A DNA stretch of 64,000 bases from positions 13,950,001 through 14,014,000 of the forward strand of contig JBHGNT010000015.1 in NCBI GenBank assembly GCA_043228905.1, written 5' to 3'. The stretch's first letter is position 1. Every line of letters starts with the position of its first letter. The notes under the pieces are model-generated. The model was not told the DNA's origin, made no database searches, and worked only from the letters and a program-made list of their open reading frames with translations. Shown one piece after another: positions 27,201-40,347 of the stretch. The translations under genes and the position numbers were made by a program. Source of the stretch: Azolla caroliniana. Its lineage: Eukaryota; Plantae; Polypodiophyta.

Positions 27201-28978
27201 ACACCTAGCAAGAAAACTAATAAAAGAGAAACTATCCCAACAGTTGTCAATGACAATTGACTATCTTTAATATCAATATAGAGGGTCGGATAGCGAAAAA
27301 AGATCGTCCATAAGAAACCGAAGCAGGTAAGGGCAAGCTGCAACTCATTGATTTTGCTACCTTTCTCCCCCTGAAGGAAAGATCGGTATAATAAAAGGTC
27401 AAAACATAATCCAAAAGGTCATGAACACGAGAGGTTTGATACCATCTTAATAGAAACATGACGACCATAAACCTCCAACCCTTGCGAAACCTAAATGGAG
27501 ATCAGATAACAAAGCTACATACAAGCAAAACAGTCAACCTGAAAAGAGCATTAATTTGAATTATTTAACTTACTAATTTTAATAACTTGACATTTTCCGA
27601 CAAGCACTCCAAGTAAGTCTACAAATATCCTTAAAGTTTTTCAATATTTGGATCTTCAATACTTGTGAACAACATTTGAGGTAGAATTGTATCCTTCGCA
27701 GCAAATACAACATCAAGGGTTAACACAACATACGTCAAAAGATCTACAGAGGCCCTAATGTTTTGTTGTTGTTCTTCCATTGCCAAACTACTAGAGGAGC
27801 CTTTAGATTTTGCATCCACTAAGAACTTATTTGCAACTTCATTCAAGGATTTTGCCTATAAAACACAAAAATCAACCAAATCAATATACACTTTTTCCAA
27901 AATTTCAAGAAAAACGTATATTTACATCAAGCAATAACCAAAAAAACACACTAGTAGTTGCTTGCACATACAAAACAAAATGTGTACACAAAACAAGGGT
28001 TTTGAAGTTTACCTTACTAATGTACCAATCTAATGATGTTCGAAGTGCATAAACATAAATATTAAGAGGATATGGAGGACCACCTCGTAATATATCAACG
28101 GCCATAGAGTGTGCAAGATTCATGTAGATTTCAGACTGTCTCCTTTGCGTCAAAAAATAAGAGAGATTTTTGCTCTGTCTGAAGGGTCATAATGTTTCCA
28201 AGTGAGAAGATCAAAATGTTATACTCCATTGAAATTTTGGGGCTAGAGGTAGAGACGAAATGCTGAACAAAAGCCTTTTAAATGAAACATTTAAAAGGCC
28301 ACTAAAACCCTCCTTCTTCATTAAATTTGCAAATGGCAGATCGAATGGGCCATTCGCACCCTCCCTAGTAATACACATGAAATGGATCCTTGCAGGAGGT
28401 ATATCTTCCCAACCTGCAGGTGAAGGAGGATGCCCACAATACGTGAGGATGAAACTCCAAATGATGTTGTTTCAATGCCATCATCAACTAAAACGTCCAT
28501 AGCTGCTGCAAGAATCTAATGGAATGGTGGCAATGAGATTCGTGGCCAAAAGAAACGGAAAACGTGATGAAGAAACCACGGGTGTTCATGTCTGTCATCA
28601 TCCAATACCTCGACAGCAGAGAGTCGTGGCCAAACAAAACGATAGACAACATGATGAAGAGACGATGGCCCTTCATGAGGTAAAGAAAAAAAATCAGCAT
28701 TCTCTTGCGCCATCCCTCCAATCTGATGATAATGCTACAAGCAATAAGGATTGTATGAGGTGTATCGTAAAGTAACCCTCCTGCTCCCATTTATCTCTGG
28801 ATACCATGCCATCAACATTACTATAAAAATTAGCCAAACTTGTAACGAATTTTTTATTAAAAAAAAGGCCCCATCAAAATTAAAATTCGATTGATATATT
28901 TATGGATATAGATTGCAAATGAACGAAGAAACAAATGTGAAATACAATACGGGTATGAGAGGGTGGAAATTTGAAGCA

Positions 28979-29327
28979 ATGTCCCAAACTCCCAAACAGT
29001 CCAAAAAAATGTCCCACTCCGGATGGAAACGAGGAGAAATCACACCCCGAATCGACATTGTAGGAGATCATCAACATCAAGTTCATTGAAAATGGAGAGA
29101 AAGAGAGATTAAAGGAGTTGCTCAGAGAAAGATGGATAGAATGCGGTTGGAAATATGAGATGAAAAGCCATTACAGAAACTATACGAGAAAGAGAGGGAG
29201 AAACAATGTGACTCTTGACAAACTTATCTGAATAATCACTCCCAAAGGAAGATCATCTATACCTAATAGTGTGAAGGCAGAGTTACTACAACGGATAAGG
29301 AGCTACCTAATGTCTGCAACATTATGA
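28979..29327 (+). pseudogene. ENY2: ENY2/SUS1 (SAGA-DUB / TREX-2 subunit) intronless pseudogene, copy 1 with N-terminus
   Basis: [74 protein letters not shown]. Frameshift and stops. Confidence 0.88.
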
Positions 29328-29389
29328 AGAACACAAGGTTCATGTTACAAATGATGGATATTCTTTTTTTTGTTGTAGGAGATCATCAA

Positions 29390-29665
29390 TTGACATTGCA
29401 GGAGATCATCATCATCAAGCTCATTAAAAGTGGAGAGAAATAGAGATTAAAGGAGTTTCTCAGAGAAAGATTGATAGAATGTGGTTGGAAAGATGAGATG
29501 AAAAGCCATTGCAGAAACTATACGAGAAAGAGAGGGAGAAACAATGTGACTCTTGACGAACTTAACTGAATAATCACTCCCAAAGGAAGATCATCTGTAC
29601 CTGATAGTGTGAAGGCAAAGTTACTACAACGGATAAGGAGCTACCTAATGTCTGGAGCATTGTGA
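29390..29665 (+). pseudogene. ENY2: ENY2/SUS1 pseudogene, tandem copy 2
   Basis: [46 protein letters not shown]; internal stops. Confidence 0.88.
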
Positions 29666-29711
29666 AGAACACAAGGTTCATGTTACAGATTATGGATATT
29701 ATTTTCTTAGT

Positions 29712-29980
29712 TGTAGGAGATCATCAACATCAAGCTCATTGAAAGTGGAGAGAAAGAGAGATTAAAGGAGTTGCTCAAAGAAAGATTGATAGAATGCGGT
29801 TGGAAAGACAAGATGAAAAGCCATTGCAGAAACTATAAGAGAAAGAGAGGGAGAAACAATGTGACTCTTGATGAACTTATCCGAGTAATTGCTCCCAAAG
29901 TAAGATCATATGTACCTAATAGTGTGAAGGCAGAGTTACTACAACAGATAAGGAGCTACCTAATGTCTGCAACAATGTGA
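29712..29980 (+). pseudogene. ENY2: ENY2/SUS1 pseudogene, tandem copy 3 (5' truncated, otherwise open)
   Basis: EIINIKLIESGEKERLKELLKERLIECGWKDKMKSHCR..VTLDELIRVIAPKVRSYVPNSVKAELLQQIRSYL. Confidence 0.88.
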
Positions 29981-30694
29981 AGAACACAAGGTTCATGTTA
30001 CAGATGATGGATATTCTTTTCTTAGTTGTAAAATGATTCAGAAAAAGAAAATTCCTGGAGCCCATTTGAACAAGTTTACAAGAAAGTTGCAGCTTAAAGT
30101 GTAATGCCGAAACTCCTGTGGAAAGAAAGGGCTTCCAACATCCTTCAGAAATTGAAGCTTTCCATAGCATAAGATTTCTTTTTTAATTCCAACATCCAAC
30201 TTGTGTCATACCTACCTCCCTACTAACCTCTTGAGTTTGTGTTATGTTAGTTGATTTTCTTTCATTTAAATTTATCGTTCTATCCCAAAACTGATAGAAT
30301 TATTGAATAGAAAACTTTTTGATTGCACACCTTATGTAACGAGCATTTGTCAAGGGCATCCTTCTTTGCTCACCAGTTTCTGAGTATTTATACCATGATT
30401 AATCAAAGTGTTGCTCGCAGAATTAAAAGAGAGAGAGAGAGAGAGTACCTAGGTCCTGGTATCCATGGTGTGAGAGCAAGTGGAGAATCAAGCTCTGCAG
30501 AAAAAAAGGGGGCAAGAGGGGGGAAAAGGGAGGTGGAAAAGGGAGGGGAAAAGGTTCTCGTCCTCCTTGGCTTCCAGTAAGTGTTTTCAAATGCGTTTGA
30601 CTTCTGAACGAATCTGCGAGTAGCTATGTCGATAACTACACAAATAAGACCTTCCCATGACTTTCGAGCGACTTAAAGAAAAACATAACTAAGA

Positions 30695-31088
30695 ATCACT
30701 AAGATGTTAGCATAGTGGTAATGGGGGGAAGCTCGAATTTTCTAGTTGGAGGTTCGAGCCCACCCATAGCCAGCTAACTAACATGTGGTGCTCCATTTGA
30801 ATCGTCCATTTTCTTTGGGCGAGATGAATCAGTTTGCCTTCAGGCGTTAGTATGTGTGTAGGTTGGTTGTTGTGTAAATGAAGTCAGTGAGCTCGATGCA
30901 ACTAGCACAATAGGATTAGGGAGACGACTACAGGTACTGTTGGTTACCTACACTTACTAATAACACATACCTCTCAAAATGATTCATCTGTACGATGTTG
31001 TCTCCTTGGCCTTCGGGCGAGTTGTAGCCTTTAGGCGTATTGAGCAAGTGGCTCCATAACTAATAGAAGTATCTTTAGTTGAAAAAAG
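30695..31088 (+). mobile_element. tRNA-derived SINE, apparently full length
   Basis: A box tagcatagtgg (30708-30718), B box ggttcgagccc (30751-30761), A-rich end. Exact 14-bp direct repeat aaacataactaaga at 30681-30694 and 31089-31102. Confidence 0.8.
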
Positions 31089-32039
31089 AAACATAACTAA
31101 GAGAAGTAGTAAACCTTGAAATAAATAAGAGCTTGGGATTCATTGAAGGAATCTTTGGAGATGGAAAGACCAAAAGCATGGGAAGAATTTCTTGCATAAC
31201 CTTTATTTGATAATGACATATTTGTAGATGCATCTGGACATGCACTAGGTTCTAGAACAAATTTGGCTTGGGGGAAGATGGATACAGGTCCAATAACCAA
31301 TGTAGAATGATAGAGGAATTTTATGCAAAAGTAGAATTGGGAGCAAAAGAAAGTTTTGCAATGTGTTCATGGGCTTCAATTGATGATAGCATCAATTTCA
31401 AATGTTTTTGAGAATTTTATGGTATCTTTTTAACCAACACAACTACATGATTGGTATATAGTTTTTTTATTTGATATGATAGTTGGTTAAGTCCATTGCA
31501 AAAAATGGCACAATAAGTTTTTAATGAGGCTATGTAGGATGGTTAGCTTCGTTCAGATTCTTTGATGCTGAGTTTTTACATCACATAAACCAAATTCCAA
31601 TCAGGGTATTGGATAAAGTGAGAAATAAATGGATGTTGAATCCATCTCCTTTAATTCTAGATGATTGTGATTCTTTATGAATGTATGATAAGTGTCCCAA
31701 TTCAAGCTTGGTCTGGGATCTGAGAGGATGGTTTTGGAATTCTCCAATACATTCTTCTTTGCAAGTAAAGAAGGCATCATGTTTCCAATATACTTTCCAA
31801 TTAGGTAGACAACTACTATTAGCAAAGAACAAGGTGAGGCATGTAGCAATAAAAGTTTTGAAAAAGTCGAAAGTCTTCAATGTAAGGTTGATGAATGATT
31901 GGTGTTTGTTATTCAGATGACTTCTGTTGCCTCACACATTGTTTGTTGGTGACCAATTGAAATGAAACAAACAATGTAGAGAAAATCGACGATGGCAGGA
32001 ACAACGACGGGAAGTAGCCAACGTACTCGCAACACGGAC

Positions 32040-32160
32040 AAGCACTGTTCACTACTGTACTTACTCATGAACTCATATTTAAAACACATCATGTGACTAT
32101 GACTTTGTTTCTTGCTTTAAATTAGATGTTGTTTTCTTATGAAACAATAGTAGTGATTCA
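32040..32160 (-). repeat. Inverted fragment of the 3' non-coding region of the family-2 transposase element
   Basis: Reverse complement matches 63020-63135 and 22812-22905 (catgagttcatgagtaagt..tagtg). Confidence 0.7.
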
Positions 32161-32505
32161 AATATGAGTGTGTTGCATGGTTTAAATATCAAATCACTTG
32201 ATATAATGTTACTGTGAATACGAATCACAATATGAGTTGATCACATAGAATAATCTAACATATGTGCTATGAATTTGGAGAAAACAAACATGAGATATGT
32301 GCTATGAATCTAACATCATTCTAGAATAGGATTAATGTTCTTACCATTCTTGACGATAGGTTCAAATGGAATTATACGATTCCATCATTTTTCCTTTCGA
32401 AATTGTAAATATTGGAAGCTTTTTTAATTTTTTCCACTATGGACTATGTTATGAGTATGGGTATCAACATTCTAATAGTATGTTTATGAATATTGCAAGG
32501 ATTAT

Positions 32506-32700
32506 TACCACAAAGGTGTCAGTGTAGCTCGAACACTAAGGGTGAAATTTCGAGTCCCCCCACTACTAGCTAACAAACTTGTGGTACCTTGCCTTCAGGT
32601 GGTTGTGTGAGTGCATGTGTGCCTCTCTTTTTTTCCCAAAAAGAGTGCATGTGTGCCTTCCGGCAATGTGGTGGTTTCGAGGGTGACTGGGATGCCTTCA
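32506..32700 (+). mobile_element. SINE-family fragment related to 30695 and 38695
   Basis: Shared gctcgaacactaagggtgaaa..ctagctaa..tgtggtaccttgccttcagg. Confidence 0.6.
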
Positions 32701-34789
32701 TCTACAAGTCGTGTGGCGTATTCCAGCAATACAACAAAGTCTCACAATCGAAAGCTATCTAAGCCAAAAGCCTGCTTACTTGTGGCAGGTATTTGCACTA
32801 AAGGTGGTTGAATCGTCATGATCTGTTGGAGAAGGTTGGTTTCTACGTTTTCCTTCTTCTCCACTTGACTCTTTTTGGTCGGTAACGAGCTGTAGCTTTC
32901 TCCGAGACAAGATTCATGCATGATCCATAATCTCCCACAGGACTTTGGACACGTGAAATTCTACTTGTACAGCTTTCTCCGAGACAAGATTCATGTATGA
33001 TCCATAATCTCTCAAAGGACTTTGGACACACGAAATTGTACTTGTCCCTCACTATGACCATTGTTGAACATAAAATCTTAGTAGAGAAAACATTACTAAA
33101 GATAATAAGCAAAATGGTCATAGAAGCATTATCATCTTGTAATGCTCCCATGTTTATGGCAAATTATAGAGCTTTCATGATAGCAAATAATTGCTAAGCT
33201 CATCAATTTCCATGTCATTCATTACCTCAGTCCTAGTAATCATTTGTATTTTTACTGAAATGAAATCATATTTGGAAAAAATAACAAATAATATAGAAAG
33301 TAATGAGAAACATATTAGTAAAATAATGAATAAATTATGATTTGATGCATATCAAAAGGACTACAAAATCACATTTTATTGTGCAAAAATATATATTGTA
33401 GCCTTTTTAAAAAAATGCTCGATATAAATCCATCAATTGGGGAGAAATCAATTATGTTAACATCATCATCAATTAATATCAGCGAAACACACCATATAAG
33501 AGTGTTCGCACTGGTATAAGATACATAAACATGTAAAAAAATCAGAATTTATACTGAAAATTGATAAATTACGCATATTGTAATAATAATGGTACATAAA
33601 TTTATTTTGAAAAAATAGACATTAAAAGTTTTTGGAATTTTTTGGGCATGTTTACTATGTTTTTGGATTTTTGTACTAAAATCCTATATATTTGTAGTTT
33701 TTTTCAAAAATAAAAATAATATATAAATATTAATTTAGAGAAAGATACTAATTGGGTTTCTTATTTATTGAAGATGAGCAAAAAAACAAAGCGTATCTAT
33801 AAATAAAATCATCGTTTTTTTGTTTTTAAAGCTAAATATCTCTCTCTCTTTTTTCTGTTTTAGACGCTGGCTTTTTTAATTCAAAGTTTTTTCTTTTGCT
33901 TTTTTACAGTACAATATGGAGGTTGTACCTTTGCTTTTTTGGGAGCCACCTAAGCTTGTAGCCTATTGTGCACTCGATATTGGAGGCACCAAGGGGTGTT
34001 TGGTATGTGGCCACCACGAATTTGGAGATGCCCACGAAGTGGAAGATGTTCTAGAAAGTCCAAAACATCAACCCTGATATGGTTTTACGTTTAGATTTTT
34101 CTTCTAGAACCATGCCAAGAGACTTAATATCTCAGTTATGAGTTCACTTATGCATCTGGCTTTGTCTTTTTTTCCATAAAAATTATGCTCCATTGGTATT
34201 AAAATTAAAAAGGCCAGAGGCCCTATACAAATAGACTATAATATTTTGCATGTCTACAAGTTATATCATCAAAGAAAGGACCAAATATAAGTGGTGGCCT
34301 TTGGCAAGATAAAGATAATTATAAACTATGAAAACAAATCTCTTGCCAATAACACCTTTGCTATACCACATACAAAGGGGATATACTCGGGGACCCTATC
34401 ATCAATCTCCCCATAACCACACAAATTCCCGAAGTCGAAGAGAATACATTTCTTGTTGGTAGTCATGCTCAACATACCCTGGTTGTCCACCCTGTTTGTT
34501 GGTAGTCCTGCTCAACATATATACCCTATTTGTCCACAAGACATTGCTTTTGGCAAATTTTTGTATATCAAGGCCTTCTTCATCTATTGCAGTTGAAGAC
34601 ATCAAACAGTTCATAATGCACATGTCATGATTGGCCGCCTTGGACAACCCCCATCTATCCTCTCCCATGACGAAACGACCATGTCCTTCACCTCCGCGAT
34701 CATTGAAAATATATTTGTATTGAATCTCCATACCATCAACACTCTAGTTTATCACAACAGCCATGCACCGGTTACACCACAATCATCTA

Positions 34790-35585
34790 CCCAGTCATGA
34801 TAGTCGGCTTTGAACCCCCCACCATCTTCACTCATCCTTATCAGAGAAGAATTTCTTCATTCAGTCCACAGCAGTCATCTCGCCGATTAACATCTTGCCA
34901 ATGCCAATGTCCACGAAAATCCTGTGTTAATAACAAAAAATTAGTCCAAAAGTTTTCTCACCCACTCCTGATAGTCGGCTTCGACCCTCCCACCATCTTC
35001 ACTCATCCTTATCACAGAAAAATTTCTTCATTTAGTCCACATCAACCATCTCGCTGATTAGCATCTTGCCAATGTCCCCGCAAATCCTGTATTAACAACA
35101 AAAAAGTAGTGTAAAAGCTTCCTCACACACTCAAGATAGCCGGCTTCGACCTCCCCACCATCTTCACTCATCCTTATCATAGAAAAATTTTCTTCGTTCA
35201 ATCCACATCAGCCATCTCGACGATTAACGTCTTGCCAATGTCCACGAAAATCCTGTATTAACAACAAAAGATTAGTCCAAAAGTTTCCTCACCCACTCTT
35301 GATAGTCAACTTCGACCCCCCCACCATCTTCCCTCATCCTTATCACAAAATATTCTTCATTTAGTCCACATCAGCCATCTTGCCGATTAGCATCTTGCCA
35401 ATGTCCACGAAAAACCTGTATTAAAAACAGAAATTAGTGTAAAAGTTTCCTCACCCACTCATGATAGTCGGCTTCGACCCCCCCACCATCTTCACTCATC
35501 CTTATCACAGAAAAATTTCTCCATTCAGTCCCCATTAGCCATCTCGCCAATTAGCATCTTGCCAATGTCCACGAAAATCCCCATC
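34790..35585. repeat. Tandem repeat, five units of ~165-170 bp
   Basis: Recurring gatagtcggcttcgaccccccaccatcttcactcatccttatc..catcttgccaatgtccacgaaaatcc at about 34800, 34970, 35135, 35300 and 35460. Confidence 0.92.
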
Positions 35586-38500
35586 AATCAACTGACTGTC
35601 ATCAAGTATCCCCAATAGCTTAAACCTACAAAAACAAACATGAATGCACACTCTCATCTCCTTATGAAAATCATTATCAGTCATCCCTCTCTAAGGCAAA
35701 GCATCATTATCAATCATCCCTATCTAAGGTAAAGCATCTACTTTACTATCCGCACCAATCATATCGGAGATTACCGCCAAAAGCTTCTTTTATGAAAAGA
35801 CTCTTGCTATTTATACATCCTTGCTTACACTTATTGCTCACTAGTTATCTTGGCAACATTATTTCTCCTATAAATTTGCCTCCTATGCTGTAATTTTGTG
35901 CAAGCCCTAATTTTGATATTTCCCACACCATGGTTGCCTCCTCGCACTAGATTGTCTCTCATATGAGGGTAAATACTAGTATCTCAACTGTAAGTTGCAC
36001 CTATTTCTAGTTCTGTTATCGGAATAACAAGATTACCCACTATGCTATTTCAGTGGATGTTTTGTCTTGTGATTTTTCCTTCAATAAGCTGATGAAACTA
36101 ATTTAGAAGCATTACCGTCAGCTATTTAATATCCTTCTCAACTACACGTTGTTGGGATTGATTGTTGCTCTTGGAGGTTGCTTTGCTTGAGTATAGAAGG
36201 CCAATAACTTGACTATTGGATCCTATCCATTACTATACTATTGCTTGGTTCAAGTGACGGAACTGATTGCTATTATATATGCACTTGATAAGTTGCATTG
36301 TTATTAATATAGTAGCATCTCTTACAGTTCTACAAATCATTACTGCCTCTCACACTTCCTAACTCAAAGAAGTTTGGAACGATCGAAAATGACTTGGGCA
36401 GAGTTGATGATACATTTCGATTTCGAAATCTACTTTTCTAAAGAGGTTTCGATATCGGTAGTAGATGCGTTGAGTTGAAATTTGGAAAGTGCATGCCCTA
36501 AGCTTCTTGAAATTGTCCAATGATCTGAAAACATTTTCCGGGGTTAATACCTATTACCAATAGGTTGATGAAAGAACTTTCTTGCCAATCTAGAAGAGAG
36601 CTTAATCAAGTATTATTACTGACGTCCAATGGATTGATCTCGTTGTTGCATTATCCTTAGTCAAATGGGCCGACAAAGGGATTGATCCAGAAGAGGATAT
36701 GTTGAGCACATATGTGTTGCAAGCAACCATAGTGCTAGAGATATATCAACGACATTTAATGTTGAGGTATCGACCTTTGCTACGAACACCAATAGATTTG
36801 TGTGCCAATTTAGCGCCAAGGTATTGTGATCCTTATCAGGAATTTGGGTCTCAGTACATTCCTTCTAGATAAGCTTCTTAATGTTACGTTGCATCCAGTT
36901 TTTCACGTGAGTGGTCTCAATGGATCTTGCGTATGATGATAATGTTGTTTCTCCATTTAGAGTGACTTCGTTATAGGATGTTACATTTACTCTGCTTGAA
37001 CCTAACTATCCTTGACCATAGGACTTCAACCTTATGGTTCAAGATGATTCATAAGTATAAGGTTAAGTGGAAAGATTTCATTAGGGAGGTTGACATTTGG
37101 GAGAACATTACGTTAATATATTACCTTTTAACCTGTTTTAAATTGCAAGACTACAATTATTTGGAGAGGGGGGAGTATGTAATGTTTACAATTGTTAAGT
37201 GTAATTAACGGGACCTTGTTCTATAATATCAGAGTTATTGGATGCTTGATCTAGACTTCGTGTGTGTATTTGGCGCCACACATAATTGGTTGTTGTAGTT
37301 GGCTCATTAATGGCCAATGTCAACTGGCCAGAGTCCTATATAAGTGAGTGTGCACACCCTTGGGGGGGACGCTTCCCATAATGCAGTTGTGCGCCCATAG
37401 AGGAGAGGTTCTAGGAGAGGGATGCTCTCTTGATTGAAAACTAGACATCTACCAAGGTCAGGTGTGTTTGTTCCTGGCTGGGATGGGGCAGTTCATGACA
37501 TCCACACTGTCGCAATTGACTCTGGCGCGAGGGCGGATGGGTGGTAACACGTATTGTAGAGCAATTCCTAGTATGCTTTGTCATTTAGTTTACACTGCAA
37601 GTTCAAGATGTCTTCCACGGAGCGTATGTACCTCCGCCAATACCCCCACCATGATGTACATTGAAGACCACATTCGTAGTGTGAGTCTAGCCTACGGGTT
37701 GAAAAGCCATCAATCGTATGAATTGTAGCCTTCAAGCGTTAATATGTAATAGGCAAGTTAATACCGTTGCAGGAAATCTCCTTGGGGAAAAAATATTGTA
37801 TGCTAATCTATACATTGTGATTATTGGTTGGGCGATGTGGTATGGAGTTTATTCCATAAGGAAAACATGCAAATGCCATTGATCTTATGAAAGGTTGTTT
37901 GCACTATAACACGAGACTATCATTTCGTTTGCTCTCTCACATGAGGATTTCTTGGTACTTAATGTAGAATTCCAGGATAAATGCTAACAATAGGCCGTAC
38001 CACAATAAATGTCAGATAAATTATGTGTGTGGATATTTTATTTTAGGCAAGGGAATTATGTCACGTGTTTTTCTTTTTGCAGCAAGGTATGTTGTTGTTA
38101 GATAGAATATGGTTTTGTATTGGTATGGTTCTAAATTTCTTACGATAAATTGTCATGTATTTGAATGTTTCTTATGTCCTTAAAATGCATGATGAAGCCA
38201 GTTGTAGCAGAGCATTGTATATCACATTCTTCAAAATAGAAACGAATCCAATCCCTCTTGAACAGTTCACTAACTTTGTTGAGTTTGTGCCCATCCAAAT
38301 GGTTCTTTAGGATTAGCACAAAGTGAGCTTTGGAAGGACCCAATATAAAGTCTAGCTTTTGCTAAAACTTACAAATTCCTTGGTGATAAAATTCACCTCT
38401 GAGTCCACACACATTCGACATCATGAGATGGATTCTTGGAAAAGCAATTTAGATAGCTCCTTCATAGCATTTCGACAAACAACTCCTCAATCAACTATGT

Positions 38501-38694
38501 TGATATATTCTCATTTAGATGATCCCAAGCCTTCTAAATATTGGATTTGTGATGGAATTCTAGTGCAACATTGAGCATGTTTAAAGAAAAGGATTCATGG
38601 GCCAATTTTACTTGTATAGAGGTCAATCCCTATTGTATATCCCACAATGCATTTTGCAGCTTGAGCATTTTGAAGAGTCAACACTTACCTCCTT

Positions 38695-38880
38695 ACCACT
38701 AACACGTTAGTGTAGTGGTAGTGGGGAGAAGGCTCGAACACTAAGGGTGAAAGTTCAAATACACCCATCGCTAGCTAATGAACATGTGGTACCTTGCCTT
38801 CAGGCAGTGTTTGGCTTTGAGGAATAAGTAATGGTGAGTGTGTTCCTTCATGTGGTTTGGTGAGTGCGTGTGTGTTCTAG
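38695..38880 (+). mobile_element. SINE-family 5' fragment
   Basis: A box tagtgtagtgg, degenerate B box agttcaaatac; homologous to 30695 and 32506. Confidence 0.65.
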
Positions 38881-38905
38881 AAATCATGCATCAGAAACTG
38901 GCAGT

Positions 38906-39045
38906 TGTCAAGGACTATATAAACGTATTATATTATATAAAAGGAAAATAGAACAAGGAATGAATAGATAATAGAAAATAATGGATGCATATATAAGACG
39001 TTCGCGTTCACAAGTAGAAGGATTGCGCATTCCACTTGTAGAATC
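38906..39045 (-). repeat. Fragment of the Tcn1-like LTR
   Basis: tgtcaagg.actatataaa..atagaacaagg..aataatggatg matches 13504-13582 and 53823-53902. Confidence 0.75.
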
Positions 39046-39369
39046 TTCTTCAAACTATCCAAATACACCCTCTCTACAAAAATTGGATGCACGAGTATCA
39101 CATGTTCCTCAACTTGATTAGAATTTGCAAATATAAAAACACATGATAGGTCTACGAGTGGAGATCATTAGAAATCATGCAAGTTTGGACGTGTTGATAA
39201 GTTAATGTAGGCATAATAAAGTTCAACAATGGCTCAATATGTCACTAATGTGCGACAAGGGAAACACTAAGTTAAAGACTTATATTAATTTGGTAAGTTT
39301 TACAAAAATATGAGGTGTACTTGTATCCATACTAATAAAATGAGTTATAATTTATACTTTGACCCATAC

Positions 39370-39650
39370 GTGCATGTATATAATTGTGGACAATGTAGGA
39401 TAGTGCACTTTAGTATAATGTGATTGGAATAACTAACTTATTAAAGTATTCAATACTTGTATTTAAAGTTGATCTAATCTATTCCTTAGTTTGTTCGTAT
39501 AGGATCAAACCATATGTATATAATTGTGGACAATGTAAGGCAATGAACTTTAGGATAATGTCGTGGAAATAACAAACCTATTAAGGCTTTCATACCTGTA
39601 TTTAAAATTGATCTACTCTATTGCTTAGGTGATTCACACATGATCAAACT
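39370..39650. repeat. ~140-bp direct tandem duplication
   Basis: atgtatataattgtggacaatgta..tgtatttaaa.ttgatcta occurs twice. Confidence 0.75.
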
Positions 39651-40280
39651 CCAAACGATAACGCAAGTGGAACTACAAGCATATAAAAACATGCGGATAA
39701 CGCTAGTGGAACCATTATCAACACACTACACAATCTAAGCAGCAATGGAATAGAAACATAATAGTTTTAACAATAGAAGACAAAAATCCATAATAACAAC
39801 ATGGACAATCATGGCAACAATTGTACGACTATGTTATTTTAAGGTTAGCTTGGACCAGAATCAGCCTCAATTTAAACTAATTCATGTTTCTCCATAGATT
39901 GAGAGAGAGAAAGAGATTAAGATTAAACGCTTGACTTAGATTGAGAAAGATTGATATAGCCAAGAGAGAGATATTGAGATTAAGATTTTAACTCTTGATT
40001 TAAGAAACAAGATATACGATCAATTCGATAACGAATTCTCTTCTTCTTAATTTTATCACCAAAAAAAGCCCAACCCTTCTTCTTTTTCATTCCTTCTTTT
40101 ATAGATGCTCTCATGCATATGATGCATGTGAGGGTACAAGACATGCATAAAATGCATGTTTGCCATTTGGCACTCATGTATTACATGTGGTGCATGATAA
40201 CAATGTCACTCATTTTAGCTCTCATGTATGAGAATTTCCATGTAAAAGTACAATGATAGAAATATAAATTCAACTAAATG

Positions 40281-40347
40281 TCATGGCTTAGTGGTAAGTC
40301 TATTGACTCCTAACTAGGAGGTGCAAGGTTCAAATCCTCACTTGCCC
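40281..40347 (+). other. tRNA-like Pol III head (SINE remnant or tRNA pseudogene)
   Basis: A box tggcttagtgg and B box ggttcaaatcc at tRNA-like spacing; no complete cloverleaf. Confidence 0.5.

Noticed and set aside
37800-38690. Penelope-like retroelement remnant (minus-strand VVRPIVS; similarly decayed region at 31100-31900)
   Set aside because: Only isolated short words amid many stops; not supportable without a profile search.
40281-40347. Functional tRNA gene
   Set aside because: A and B boxes are present, but the acceptor stem and a 7-nt anticodon loop cannot be formed.
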